Part shown: positions 52,566 to 64,000 of the stretch, in pieces
How positions within the stretch are numbered: position 1 is the first letter of the stretch
Layout: each line of letters begins with the position of its first letter
DNA from: Eledone cirrhosa
Taxonomy: Eukaryota
Direction of reading: 5' to 3'
DNA: 64,000 nucleotides
NCBI GenBank assembly: GCA_964016885.1
Contig: OZ024740.1
Span: 239,258,001-239,322,000, forward strand
The notes under the pieces: model-generated
Database searches by the model: none
Told to the model about the DNA's origin: nothing
What the model saw: the letters and a program-made list of their open reading frames with translations, nothing else
Made by a program: the position numbers and the translations under genes

Positions 52566-55093
52566 GTATAATATTTTTATATTATGTTTGAACCTTCTTT
52601 TATAGCAATTAACCTGTCTAATAGTGTGGTTTTATATCCACTAGTGATGTGGTTTTCTATTTTCCCACGAGTTCTCATTGACTAACTGTGATATATGCTG
52701 TTAATCCAATGATTTATGATGTTCTTGTATAAAGCATGTGTTTCACACATTCTCCTTTCTCGATGCTCTACAAATTTGAAGCATATATATGAAATAAATA
52801 TTTATAAATTGTCGGGCAGTTGTTTGGAGCGATGAAAGGCAATGAATTGGCGGAATCGTTAGAACGTCTCGCCGAGGTTAACTTTGCATTTCATCGTTTC
52901 CCGGCTGATAAAATAAAATACAAGTCAAGTACTGGGATCGATTTAATCGACTATATCTTTTTACAAACTGTATGGGCATGCAGCTATGTTAGAAACGAAC
53001 ACATTTATTTCATATTTAAAAAATGACAAAAATTACTTTGATTTAAACTTCAAATATTTGACGAAGAAAATTATATTGCATTTATTGTGTAAATATTTAA
53101 CTTTAATAATATTTTATTTGAGAATTACATTATATTTTGTATTTAAATATCTAACTTAATTTATATGGAGGTGGTAGAAATGTGGAGAGGTCAAATACTT
53201 CACCCTTTGATGGACGGAATATCTCAACTGCGTTTCTAAAGAGAACAGCTATATCATATGATGGGGATCCTATATCATATGGTCTTGATTCAGTGAAGGA
53301 ACATCGACGCTCAGAGAGTGAGAACATTGGAGGTTTCAATATTGACCGTTACCAAAAGAAAAAAAAATCGATCAGACAATGACTGATATTTGGTGATTTT
53401 CTGCTCCTCTGGTTGTGGTTGGGAGCAACCGGGTTTCTTGGCACCAGATGAAATATTGCATTGTATGGCCTACCAGATGAGTGACCCTTCCTCTCCACTG
53501 AAACTGTAAAACAGTTATCTCGTCTGGGCACTTACCCTAATTGCTGTAGAGACCTGTATCCACTAGTTGCGATGGAAAATTGGCCGATAGACTAGAATAA
53601 GAAAACATTATAGGAATACAACGAGAGGAAACATAGAAACATCACTGAGAAACTATATTTATATTTATACTTTTAACTGTTAGTCAATAAACATTGATTG
53701 CCAGCTGAATTAAATGTAAAAATATAAATATAAAAATATACTGAAGCGAAAACCAACCAAAACCAAACAGTGAATGTGTTTTACTATATTTTTCTGGCAA
53801 TATTATAACAACATGGCCCTCTCCAAATATAACAATATCTGTTTCAACATACAAATTCATATAAAAAACCTTGCAAAACAAATCCATCGACGTCAAATTA
53901 AGTTATATTTTATATTTAACTATTTCTATTATTTTATTTTCTATATACAAATCCTCAAATTAAATATTATATATTTAGATATAAATATAATATAATATAA
54001 TATAAAATAATATAATATAATATATTATATCTCAATATTTAAGTTAAATTATAACTTACATATAAATTATATTGTGCGAACTAAATCATACGTTAGAAAT
54101 GGTTGGGAACTAAGTTTGGGTTGGTCGATGAACATATTTTTATACATTGTATACAGAAGCGAACTGGGTCTTAAAATCGATCCGGATATCTGAATAATAT
54201 TAACTAATAGACTGTTGCAGGCCAGAAGCTCTTATTCATTGCTCAGCTATGATACATTTCATATCCGTTTTAATCTTTAAGTAGCGGTTACAACTTTAGT
54301 ATTTCATGACATAATTTTTACTTATATTTTTTACTCAGTCCAGTGGTCAAGCGGACATCACCTCAGATTGAACGCAAACATGAGACTCATATGAGAGAGG
54401 ATAAGAGATAAATACCTATTTGGAATGAGCTATATGTCATGTTTTCTGACATAGGGCAGATATTTGGTGTAGAGAGAAGATTTGGTTACGGACATACGAA
54501 AAATAAAGGGCAAAGTTGAGGTCTGAACTCAGAACGTCAAGGGTCGTCACAAAATGATTCAAAGCATTATTTTTACGCGTTAACGTACTATATCTTAAGT
54601 TCGGATCGCAATGGAAAGGAAATACGTCGCTACAAGAAGGAATAGAATTATCTTAATTACAAGTCTAACAAATCATAGACAATTAACAAATTTGCTAAAA
54701 TCAATAAACTACTGATTGAAAATCAGTACAATGCATAAATGATACATGTTAAGAAAATTTATTTAGTAAAATCATCGAAGTAATTTTTTTATGGTACTTT
54801 ATCAGATCGTTTATAAATAGCAGCAGTAATGTTTCAGTATCAAATGAGATGAACAATGGAAGCTGCTTATTATAATCACGTATAGTTTACTGTTAGTTAT
54901 TGTCATCAAAATAAGTGAGCCTCAAATGCTTTATTTGCTAAATCTACTAGAGGGGTTATAGTTATTGAAAACGGTTCGTTCCAAAGTGATCATATTAAGC
55001 GGTATCTGCTGTATCAGATATTGCTATTTCTATCGGGTTGAAAACGCACACTGTTATAGTGACATTAAGTGTATTATTTTGTAATTCGGTAAT

Positions 55094-55655
55094 AATGATT
55101 TCTAGTATAAGCACAAGGCCAGTAATTTGTGAGGAGGGGAAAGTCGATTAAATCGACCCTAGTACGTTACTGGTGCTTTATTTAATCGACCCTGTAAGGA
55201 TGAAAGGCAAAGTTAACCTCGGCGGGATTTGATCTCAGACCGTAAAGGGCCGTAACTCTACGCTGCAAAGCATGGTGTCTGACGCTCTACGATACTGCCA
55301 ATCCACCGCAATAATAATAATAATAATAATGATATTAATGAGAATATATTATTATTATCATAATCATCATCATCGCCGTGATCATAACGTTGCCTTTCAT
55401 CATTACGGAGTCGATAACATAAAGTACCAGTAATGTAATGGGGTCGATTTAATCGACTTTCCCCTTCTCCAAATTGTTGGCCTTGTGCCTAAATCAAAAA
55501 CCATTATTCGGTAGAGAGCCAGACACCATGCTTTGCAGCATAGAGTTACGCGCCTTTACGGTCTGAGTTCAAATTCCGCCGGCGTCGATAAAATAAAGTA
55601 CCAGTAACGTACTGGGTAATTGCTGGCCTTGTGCCAAAAGTAAAAACAATTATTA
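55094..55655. mobile_element. Cluster of three SINE copies: 55094-55309 (-), ~55388-55507 (+), ~55508-55655 (+)
   Basis: Recognisable SINE head, body and tail segments. Confidence 0.85.
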
Positions 55656-57145
55656 TTAAGCTTACAGTAGTTACGTAACCAACGATGTTAAAATAGGAAG
55701 AGGTGTTTTATACCTAAAACATCATACACTAACACAACTAAGTCTATATCAGGTATTCAACAACCACATCATAGCTATCATTGTATAAAATATTAAACCT
55801 CAACCACTATCAAGCTGCTAAAGCTAAGACTATATCAAATATTAAACGGGAAACACTTGATGGACAAACATAACAACACTTACGTCTGTTGAAAACTATC
55901 TAAGAGAAATATTGATTTCATACATTGGCATTAAAACGTACATTGGCACAAGATCAAATATTTTGGAGAAAAAGTGATTGTCACCTCCACCCGTCTGGTT
56001 CTTCTCAATTCAGTCTACCTTAGTACTTGGTGATACTTATTTAATCTATCCTGGACGAATGAGAGACCAAGTCATTGCCGGTATGATGTGAAATGAGAAC
56101 GTAAAGAAACGTAACCAAATATTGATTTCTAATTAAGACACAAGGCCAACAATTTTCGAGGAAGGGCAATGTTGATTAAATCAACACCAGTTCCTGACTA
56201 GAACTTTATTTTATCGACCCCTGAAGGATGAATGGCAAAGTTGACTTCGGTGGGATTTGAAGTTAAAATGCAAAGGGCCAAATATTACGATGCATTTAAT
56301 ATAGTTCGGTACCCCATTGTCTTTGCTTGAAGAAAATATTACTTAAGAACTATACAGCGCTGCTTGTATTTTCAGGCACATAGAACCACTTAACTAAAAA
56401 ACCTAGACATTTTTCGCTCACAATAGAGTATTTAGACGAGTCGATGAAGAAGCGTTGAAAGTATTAACCAAATATCCCTCCAATAAAAGACATAATTATG
56501 TCTGGTAAAAAAAAAAGGAACAACGAGAGAGAATGAAGACAAGAGCGCTTTTGATCCAAAGTCGGTTCAATCAAGATTAACCTGGTGCTAAATATACCAC
56601 CACCACCACCATCTACAACAACACCAACAACAACAATAATAATAACAACAATGATCGCAACAACAACAACAATTGGGTATTTAGAGTAAATTCATTCTGA
56701 AAAAAAACAGCATTAGAATTGAAGTGATGTTTACACACGAAACAAACCCAAACAAAACAAAACAAAATCACAAAATCAGACTATTGATTTCAAAAGAGAA
56801 CATTTTAGCATATTTCATCAATTATTAAGTTTAAATGACTATAGAAATACAAAATCGATATCGGTTATAAACGAAAATATTCAATTTCTATGATGAAGAG
56901 ATATCGCATGTGTTGGGTGTTTTCGCTGTTATCAGTTCTGCTTGGTTCTTAACAAACTAAATTGTTCTAATATTGGAAATGTAAAACAGTTACTTGACTT
57001 ATTGCTCAATTGGTTGTATCATTATTGTTTATACATAAGTAACCCACTGATACGCATGCTCCCTTTTCTTTTTTATAACATGTAAAATATAACAGAATAT
57101 CGTTACAAAATCTTTATGGCAAATCGCTTGTTATTATTTGTTTAT

Positions 57146-57750
57146 TGGCAGTATCGGTGGAGGGTCGGACGCCATGCTTTCCAGCATAGTTACGTCCCTT
57201 TACGATCTGAGTTCAAATCCCGCCGAGGTTGACTTTGCCTTTCATCCTTACGGGGTCGATAAAATAAAGTACCAGTAATGCACTAGGTAATTACTGGCCT
57301 TGTGCCTAAAGTAGAAACAATTATTTGTTTATTTGTGAGGGCGGTGGATTGGCAGTATCGGTAGAGTGTCGGACGCCATGCTTTGCAGCATAGAGTTACG
57401 GCCCTTTATGATCTGAGTTCAAATCCTGCCGGGTCGATAAAATAATGTACCAGTCACGCACTGGGGTCGATTTAACCGACTTTCCCCTCCCCTAAAATTG
57501 CTGGCCTTGTGCCTATATAAGAAACCATTATTTGTTTATTTGGTTATAAGGGCGGTAGATTGGCAGTGAATTGACAGTATCAGTAAAGGATCGGACGACA
57601 TGCTTTGCAGCATAGAGTTACGCCCCTTTACGGTCTGAGTTCAAATCCCGCCGAGGTTAACTTTGCTTTTCCTCCTTACGAGGTCGATAAAATAAAGCAC
57701 CAGTAATTCACTGGGATAATTGCTGGCCTTGTGCCAAAAATAGAAACAAT
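57146..57750 (+). mobile_element. Three head-to-tail SINEs separated by the same target sequence
   Basis: ATTATTTGTTTAT at 57133, 57320, 57527 and 57749. Confidence 0.92.
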
Positions 57751-59101
57751 TATTTGTTTATATCAAATGAGAAAAAATCTATAGTAAATTAAACATTAAT
57801 TAAACAATTTTCTAAAATATAACAATTAAAAATTATACATTAATTGAAAAAATGACTCAAAACTGAATGTAGAGTCTTGTTATTTAGTGATTTAAATAAT
57901 GAGGCGACTTGTTAGGGTACTGCTTGTATGTCCAGACGCATACTGTTGCTAAAATAATTTACTTAGATATTTCTCAGTCACAGTATTTAGATGTATCAAC
58001 CAGGAAATCTAGATTAATTAATAAATAGTAATTTAAAAAGCAGTTCACAGAAGTGGTATACATTTCTACATGAGATACGCTGCATTCGATTAAAATGAGA
58101 ATCACCTTTTAACAATAAACTTCATTTCAAAATACTCCAGCATTCATTTCAGCTAAGTATCCGACGATAAAAATAGAAAGTTTACTAACGGCAGAAACTA
58201 ATCAGAAATCAATGTTTCTACTTAAAGTAATTGATGGGATATATTTATTACAAAGTCATTGTAAAACGTTTTAATTGACTGGATTACTTTGATACAGCAT
58301 TCTAAATTCTACTTCTTTTACTCCTCTTAGTGACTTTAAGACACATTAAAAATATTCCCGTCATTTCTCCATTTTACATATCCAATCGACAACCTTCCCA
58401 GTACTGATGGCACGATAAAACGCGCCCAGTACACTCTGTACTGATGATGATCGGAAAGGCATCCAGCTGTCGAGATCACACCAAAAAGTGTCGAGAGGAC
58501 TCTTCATATGATGATGATAAGCTGGTAAAAAAATTATTTCCTACTGGTTTTGACACGTTTATTTGCTTTCAAATTGGTTTAGTGTGGTGGAAGGGATTGT
58601 CTCCACGGCCTTCGAAGGTCAACAAAGATGTCTGCAATTGATATCGATAACGTTCCATTTGTTGCAAGTTGGCGGCTACAGGAAAAAAAATGGCGGGGAT
58701 GAACCAATGAGGCAGCCTCTATATGATTCCTTGACCTGCTGGAAATAGAAGACAAATTCTCTTCAGATTGTACTCTGCCATCAACAAAACAATTTAGATA
58801 ATGTAGTCCCGTACATCCCTAAAACGACACTACTATCATTGCTGCAATGCCTTCGATTATAATCAGCTTGATCAGGCCTGACTAGATATTAAATATATAT
58901 GTGTAAGGAATTACAGAAATTACGACATCCTGCAGGGGAAGAATTCGGCATAGAAGTTAGTGTAGGATATAAAGGTGGGTAGGTTGGTGAACACAATATT
59001 AATGAGGAGAACAGGAGAGACGAGTGAGTCGGAAGAAGTTGAGTAAAGGTAACATATGACTAGCCAGTTACGATAAACAGAGGCCATTGTAGTAGCAGTT
59101 G

Positions 59102-59152
<51 letters not shown>

Positions 59153-59155
<3 letters not shown>

Positions 59156-59357
59156 CGAAGGAAATGTGGTAAGGAACCAGGTGGACCATAACGCACCAAA
59201 GTACTCAATACTTAGGGTAGTAGAGTGGGTAATAGGAACGAGTAGGACCCCCGACGGCTGAGCTCAAGCCGTTTCGACGGCTAATTCTGAACTAAAATTT
59301 TAGTCCAGAATTAGCTGTCGAAACGGCTTGAGCTCAGCCGTCGGGGTCCTACTCGTT

Positions 59358-59362
<5 letters not shown>
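59153..59362. mobile_element. Fold-back element family C, copy 2, with ~65-bp nearly loopless hairpin
   Basis: Arms 59232-~59297 and ~59298-59362 centred on ACTAAAATTTTAGT; (TA)n on both sides. Confidence 0.88.
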
Positions 59363-59407
<45 letters not shown>

Positions 59408-59517
59408 GAGGTTATATTTAATTTGTTGGGATTCAACAAGCTTAACATTTTTTATAACTGATATAAAGCACTCAACAATATATTAATAAATGGAAACTAT
59501 ATTTATAAAACCATATT

Positions 59518-59583
59518 TATTTTATTATATATATTTCAAGGGCAGCCAAGGCAAATTATGGTGCGCTTTCATCAGATAAAATA
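59518..59583 (-). ncRNA. Hammerhead ribozyme, left arm
   Basis: TATTTTAT CTGATGA-stem II-GAAA TATAT ATA ATAAAATA. Confidence 0.8.
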
Positions 59584-59685
59584 CAGATTTGTTTTATAAA
59601 TAAATATTGACATATCCAGGAAGCTTCAACCGTTAAGGTTGTCTTTTTTCCGGGTATGTCAATATTTATTTATAAAACAAATCTG

Positions 59686-59751
59686 TATTTTATCTGATGA
59701 AAGCGCACCATAATTTGCCTTGGCTGCCCTTGAAATATATGTAATAAAATA
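59686..59751 (+). ncRNA. Hammerhead ribozyme, right arm
   Basis: TATTTTAT CTGATGA AAGCGCACCA-loop-TGGCTGCCCTT GAAA TATAT GTA ATAAAATA; perfect 8-bp stem I, GUA site. Confidence 0.83.
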
Positions 59752-59789
59752 AATATGGTTTTATAAATATAGTTTCCATTTATTAATAT

Positions 59790-59830
<41 letters not shown>

Positions 59831-59940
59831 TATGTTTATACAAAAAAAGCACTACCTAAGGTTTCAAAGCCCAATATTGATCATGTCTGCAGAATGTAAG
59901 AGAGATCGAAATTGTGACTTAATCTTCAGGTGCTTATACG

Positions 59941-60012
<72 letters not shown>

Positions 60013-60228
60013 TATATGTATATATATATATATGTATGTATGTATATATGTATGTATATGTATGTATATACATATGTATGTATATGTATGTATGTATGTA
60101 TGTATGTATATATGTATATATATATATATGTATTTGTATGTATGTGTATGTATATGTATGCATGTATATCATATGTATGCATCTATATGTACACACACAC
60201 TCTCTCTCTCTCACACATATATATATGT

Positions 60229-60500
60229 GGAGGCACGTGGCCTAGTGGTAAGGGTGTTGGACTTACGATCATAATGTCGTGGGTTCGATTCCTGGGTTGT
60301 GTGTTGTGTTCTCGAGCAAAACAATTCATTTCCCGTTGCTCCAGTATACTCAGCTGAAAATAGTACCAGTAATAGCTGGGGTTTAAACCTGCGAAGGACC
60401 GGTGTCCTGTCCAGGGGGAAGTCTTGTATTCCCAGTCGCTTCACGCGATGAAACCGCGATTAGCACCGTCTGAATGAACCTTCGGGCTTAAGACAGACTT
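60229..60500 (+). mobile_element. Second tRNA-derived SINE family; partial copy at 60968-61090
   Basis: TGGCCTAGTGG A-box and GGTTCGATTCC B-box, then GAGCAA(A/G)ACA..TT.ATTTC.CGTTGCTCC shared by both copies. Confidence 0.75.
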
Positions 60501-61099
60501 TAGACTTATATATATATATAAAACAAAATAAATGATAAAAAAACAGAGACCTGGACCCATTGGAATTGATGTTAAAATCGAAATGCAGGGTTTCCATGAC
60601 ACCTAAATAAAAATATTGTCTGCTTAAAATTATAAGCTTTAAGTATGATGATCGAACAAGGAATATCACGTTATCAACAGGTATTTTGCTCTGGACCAAA
60701 TTTGTGAATGACACAGAGGCACGTAAAAGCACATGTGGAATTCACAAGGGGAAAAACCCCAGATTTTGGCAAATGAATTCAGTATGTGTATACCATGCTA
60801 AAAATTGCATAAATAGCACAAATCGAATAAGCACTCAACCGGGTGGTTTTTAAAATAAACTTATACAATTAACTTGTCAATAAAATTTATTAACAAGTTA
60901 ATTGTAAGACTCGGGAGATTAATACAAATATAGATTTAGCGATATGTATATATATATATATATTGAAGTGAAGGCGTGTGGCTGAGTGGTTAGAGAATTG
61001 GATTCGCAATCGTAAGGTTGTGAGTTCGATTCCTGGACCAGGTGATGCGTTATGTCCTTGAGCAAGACACTTTATTTCACGTTGCTCCTTCTACCTGGA

Positions 61100-62230
61100 G
61101 TTGCGACCGATAGATAGTATTAGCAATTGGAAAGACCAACGGAAACATTGTTCCCTCGGTCCGATTTGACGAAAGTCGATCGTCTCCTATATATATTGAG
61201 AGACAGGGAGATCACGTGTCTATGAGCGAGGAAGTTGGTCGAGTGGCGACTTTAGGGATGTAATTTAAGGTGTCTGTGTGGCTAGCAGCACCCCGCCCCA
61301 CCATAGATATGGGTTCAGCAGTCGATTGTGGGTATCAACTGAACTTCATAGAGGGTCAGTAGTTGATTGAGCAGAAATACCTTCTGACTCAGAAGAGAAC
61401 GGCCAGTCTTTGTTATTTTCAAGATGCCTCTTCACCAGGAGAGGTACTTAGTGATACATTTGAAGAGATCATGTGTCTTCTAGTTGCGTGATTTCGTGTT
61501 TAGGAATGTTTGGAGTGTCGTGATGTGTAATAATATTTATTGATATGTGCAGATCTTGTCTTTTTGCTGTAGATTTGGTCAAGATTAGTATAGCCCCATC
61601 GGAAAATGTTTTCATGATTTTTGTTCATGGACTTAGTGCAAGTTTTGTATGAGCTATCTTAGTTGTATGCTGATGCCATTTGGATGATGAATGCTAAATC
61701 AAGGATAAAGTATATGTGATGATTAAGTTAGCTTAGAATTGGCGGAGATTCGATGAGTCAGATGACTTGAAGAACCATATGGCCCAAACAGGGATGAGAG
61801 TTGTGTTGCATATGCAGTAATTGCAAGAAAACTATGGTCTAGTAGATCACAAGTGTTCCAGGTGTCTGTGTGTCGGACATTGATGAGTGTAGGGAATGAA
61901 ATTAGTTAACGTAGAGAGTTGAAAACGGGAAAAGATTGGGTACCTTCACATGCGTGTACATCAGTATGGGATAAATGTGTGAGTTAAGAGAGACTCGCAG
62001 TGTTGAAATAATTGAGGACGATTTCTTCGACACGGGAAGAGAGATATTCGAAGAGTTGCTGGTGGCTGGAGGAAATTGAAAATCGGAAGAAGAAACAAAT
62101 ACAATTGGACGAATGAGGAAGGAAAACTTTCAGTCTGATTAACTGGAAGATGTTTTTCATATATCCATGTGAGAGAGGGGAGAGAGGTGAGGGGCGAGGA
62201 GAGCGAAATCTACACATGAGAAGACATCAC
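61100..62230 (-). pseudogene. Decayed APE-type LINE (CR1/L2/Jockey-like) endonuclease region
   Basis: Weak traces such as CICFFFR...LFEYLSSRVEEI, PTH and GSSSH; many stops. Confidence 0.4.
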
Positions 62231-62479
62231 CTTTCAAAGGGAAGTTTGAGCAAAGAGTATTACCGGTACTGTTTATCAACTTCAAAAGGCTGAAAGGTAA
62301 GGTTGACCTTGACTTTGCTATTTAACCGCCTTACATATATATAAGGGATAAAGATCCCATAACTCCTTGTGGAGTCGTAAAGGCACCGCTATACGGTGTG
62401 TCTAGGGCACTTTTAAACCTGGTGGAGCCCAACCCTCTCCAGGTCTGAACACAGCCGTTTTTTCTATAGAGGAAGAATC

Positions 62480-63565
62480 AACTGCAGTACTGGACTGGTA
62501 CTTTTTTATCGACCTCGAAAGGATGAAAGTCAAAGATGACCACGGCAGAATTTGAACTCAGAGCGCGTAAAGTATTCTATCCGACGTCTTAACGATTCTG
62601 CCAATTCACCGCCTTTTACATATACACAATCAACTCAACTATTTAAAAAACTACTGCAAATATCAACTACAAACGTCTGTAAACATTCAAACAACAGTCC
62701 GTTGCTTTTATGCGTTTTTTCTTCGATATCGGCCACTTCATGTAATAACGACAATAACTACTTTAATAAAAATAATGCCTGATTAATTGTTTGCTGAGGT
62801 GTTCGGTCTGATATTTCAGACTACTGACTCCAGGAAGTGCAATTATTTTGTTGTCAATTAACTTCTAAGTAGATGTATTGTTCATTTGACTAGAACGACT
62901 CCTTACAAACAAAAATGAACTATGCAACAGACTAATATATAAAAACGTTACTATGTTATGGTAAATGCAAAAAAAAAAAAGAAAAGAAAAAGGAAATGAT
63001 GATAAAGCAATAAAGTAGAGAACTCCCACTTGTTTTAATGAATATTAGATCATTGAACACTTGAGCTTTAAACATGCAAGCACCCTGTAGCGAAGAGTTT
63101 AACTTCACAAGCTGTTCAATAGTGGAAAGACCAGAAGAATTATCATAAAAGAAATTCAGCTGTCAGAAATGACCCAGTAGTTGAAAAGATGCTAAGTATT
63201 TAAGATACCCTTGTATTGGTATGGCATGAACCAGTAACTCCCGAGAGAGTTGTCAGGGTGTCATATTGATATACAGTGTTTCTTAGGACATTTTAAAACC
63301 TGGCGGGGTCCATCACTTCTCCAGGCCTTAGTACAACAGATTTCTTCCAAAGAAGGATAGAGAGTGAGAGAGAAATGAAGTGAAAAAGAGGTATACAGGA
63401 AGAACCAACATCAGCACTATAGACTGGTATTTTTTTTTATCGACCTCGAAAAGTTGAAAGGCAAAGTTGACCTCAGCGGGATTTGAACTGAGAGTGCAAA
63501 GAACCTGAATGAATACCGCAAAGCACTTTAACTGACGTTCTAACGACTCTTCCAATTCACCACCT
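62480..63565 (-). mobile_element. Old diverged SINE copies (62480-62612, 63420-63565); others near 1530, 3560, 52840, 56125
   Basis: TTTATCGACC..GAAAG.CAAAG.TGAC...ATTTGAACT motif. Confidence 0.65.
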
Positions 63566-63943
63566 ACTCTCGCATTGCCATATTTTAATTCAATTTACAG
63601 CAAGAAGACGTGATACAGTCTTAAAAAATCATATATTTATCGCTTTCGAATCCGAAACTTAATATACAGTGGAAAGATCAGAATACTTATTAAAAAAGAA
63701 GGTATACCGTTAGAAATGACCCATTAATTAAAGAGGTGATAAGTGTTTAAAATACTACCGTACCCCAACGTCTTAATTCAATTTGCAGCAAGACAACCAT
63801 AAAGGATCATGTATCTCTCGCTCTCGAATCCGAAACTTAAGATAACTCTGTTGAAAACTGCATTCATTTAGATATGTTATTCTTTCTCGCTAAGGCAAAA
63901 ACCACTACTTATACGAGAATGATGAGAACATAATGTTAGAAAA

Positions 63944-64000
63944 ATAATTGTTTCTACGTTAGGCACAAGGCCAGCAATTACCCAGTGTATTACTGGTACT
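63944..64000 (-). mobile_element. SINE 3' end running off the window
   Basis: ATAATTGTTTCTAC...GGCACAAGGCCAGCAATTACCCAGTG. Confidence 0.85.

Larger units (their letters stand above)
59475..59794. mobile_element. Fold-back element family B: 143-bp inverted arms, each holding a hammerhead
   Basis: 59475-59617 vs 59652-59794, two differences seen; followed by (TA)n. Confidence 0.9.

Noticed and set aside
53151-53560. Coding-like island with short ORFs on both strands and a minus-strand GTAAGT
   Set aside because: No recognisable family and no consistent exon boundaries.
58401-58480. CTGATGATGATCGGAAAG
   Set aside because: No supporting stems; looks like a decayed dispersed repeat.
60229-60300. 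Possible tRNA gene
   Set aside because: A and B boxes are present but there is no clean cloverleaf, and it continues into a SINE body shared with 60968-61090.

Overview
AT-rich, microsatellite-dense animal genomic DNA. The SINE, Dong/R4 and Penelope content and the huge (TA)n/(CA)n tracts suggest a coleoid cephalopod such as octopus (inference, no search run). Most of the window is probably intronic to a + strand host gene; candidate exons lie at 40472-40586, 40658-40741 and a 15-nt microexon at 52551-52565. Main features: (1) three abutting tandem arrays at 6.5-17.3 kb, including an 8.3-kb 18-bp minisatellite that is open in five reading frames; (2) a full-length L1/Tx1-clade LINE with intact ORF2 (30547-36578) inside an (ATT)n tract that also holds a decayed Dong/R4 LINE and SINEs; (3) about 18 young copies of a tRNA-derived SINE whose last ~28 nt match the Tx1 3' end and whose target-site duplications nearly all begin ATTA, pointing to a site-preferring Tx1 LINE-SINE pair; (4) Penelope-like (RT + GIY-YIG) remnants plus a set of small fold-back or partial-tandem elements sitting in (TA)n tracts, several with minimal type I hammerhead ribozymes, one with a ribozyme on each strand. 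Points 3 and 4 are the best candidates for poorly described systems. All coordinates and alignments were read by eye.
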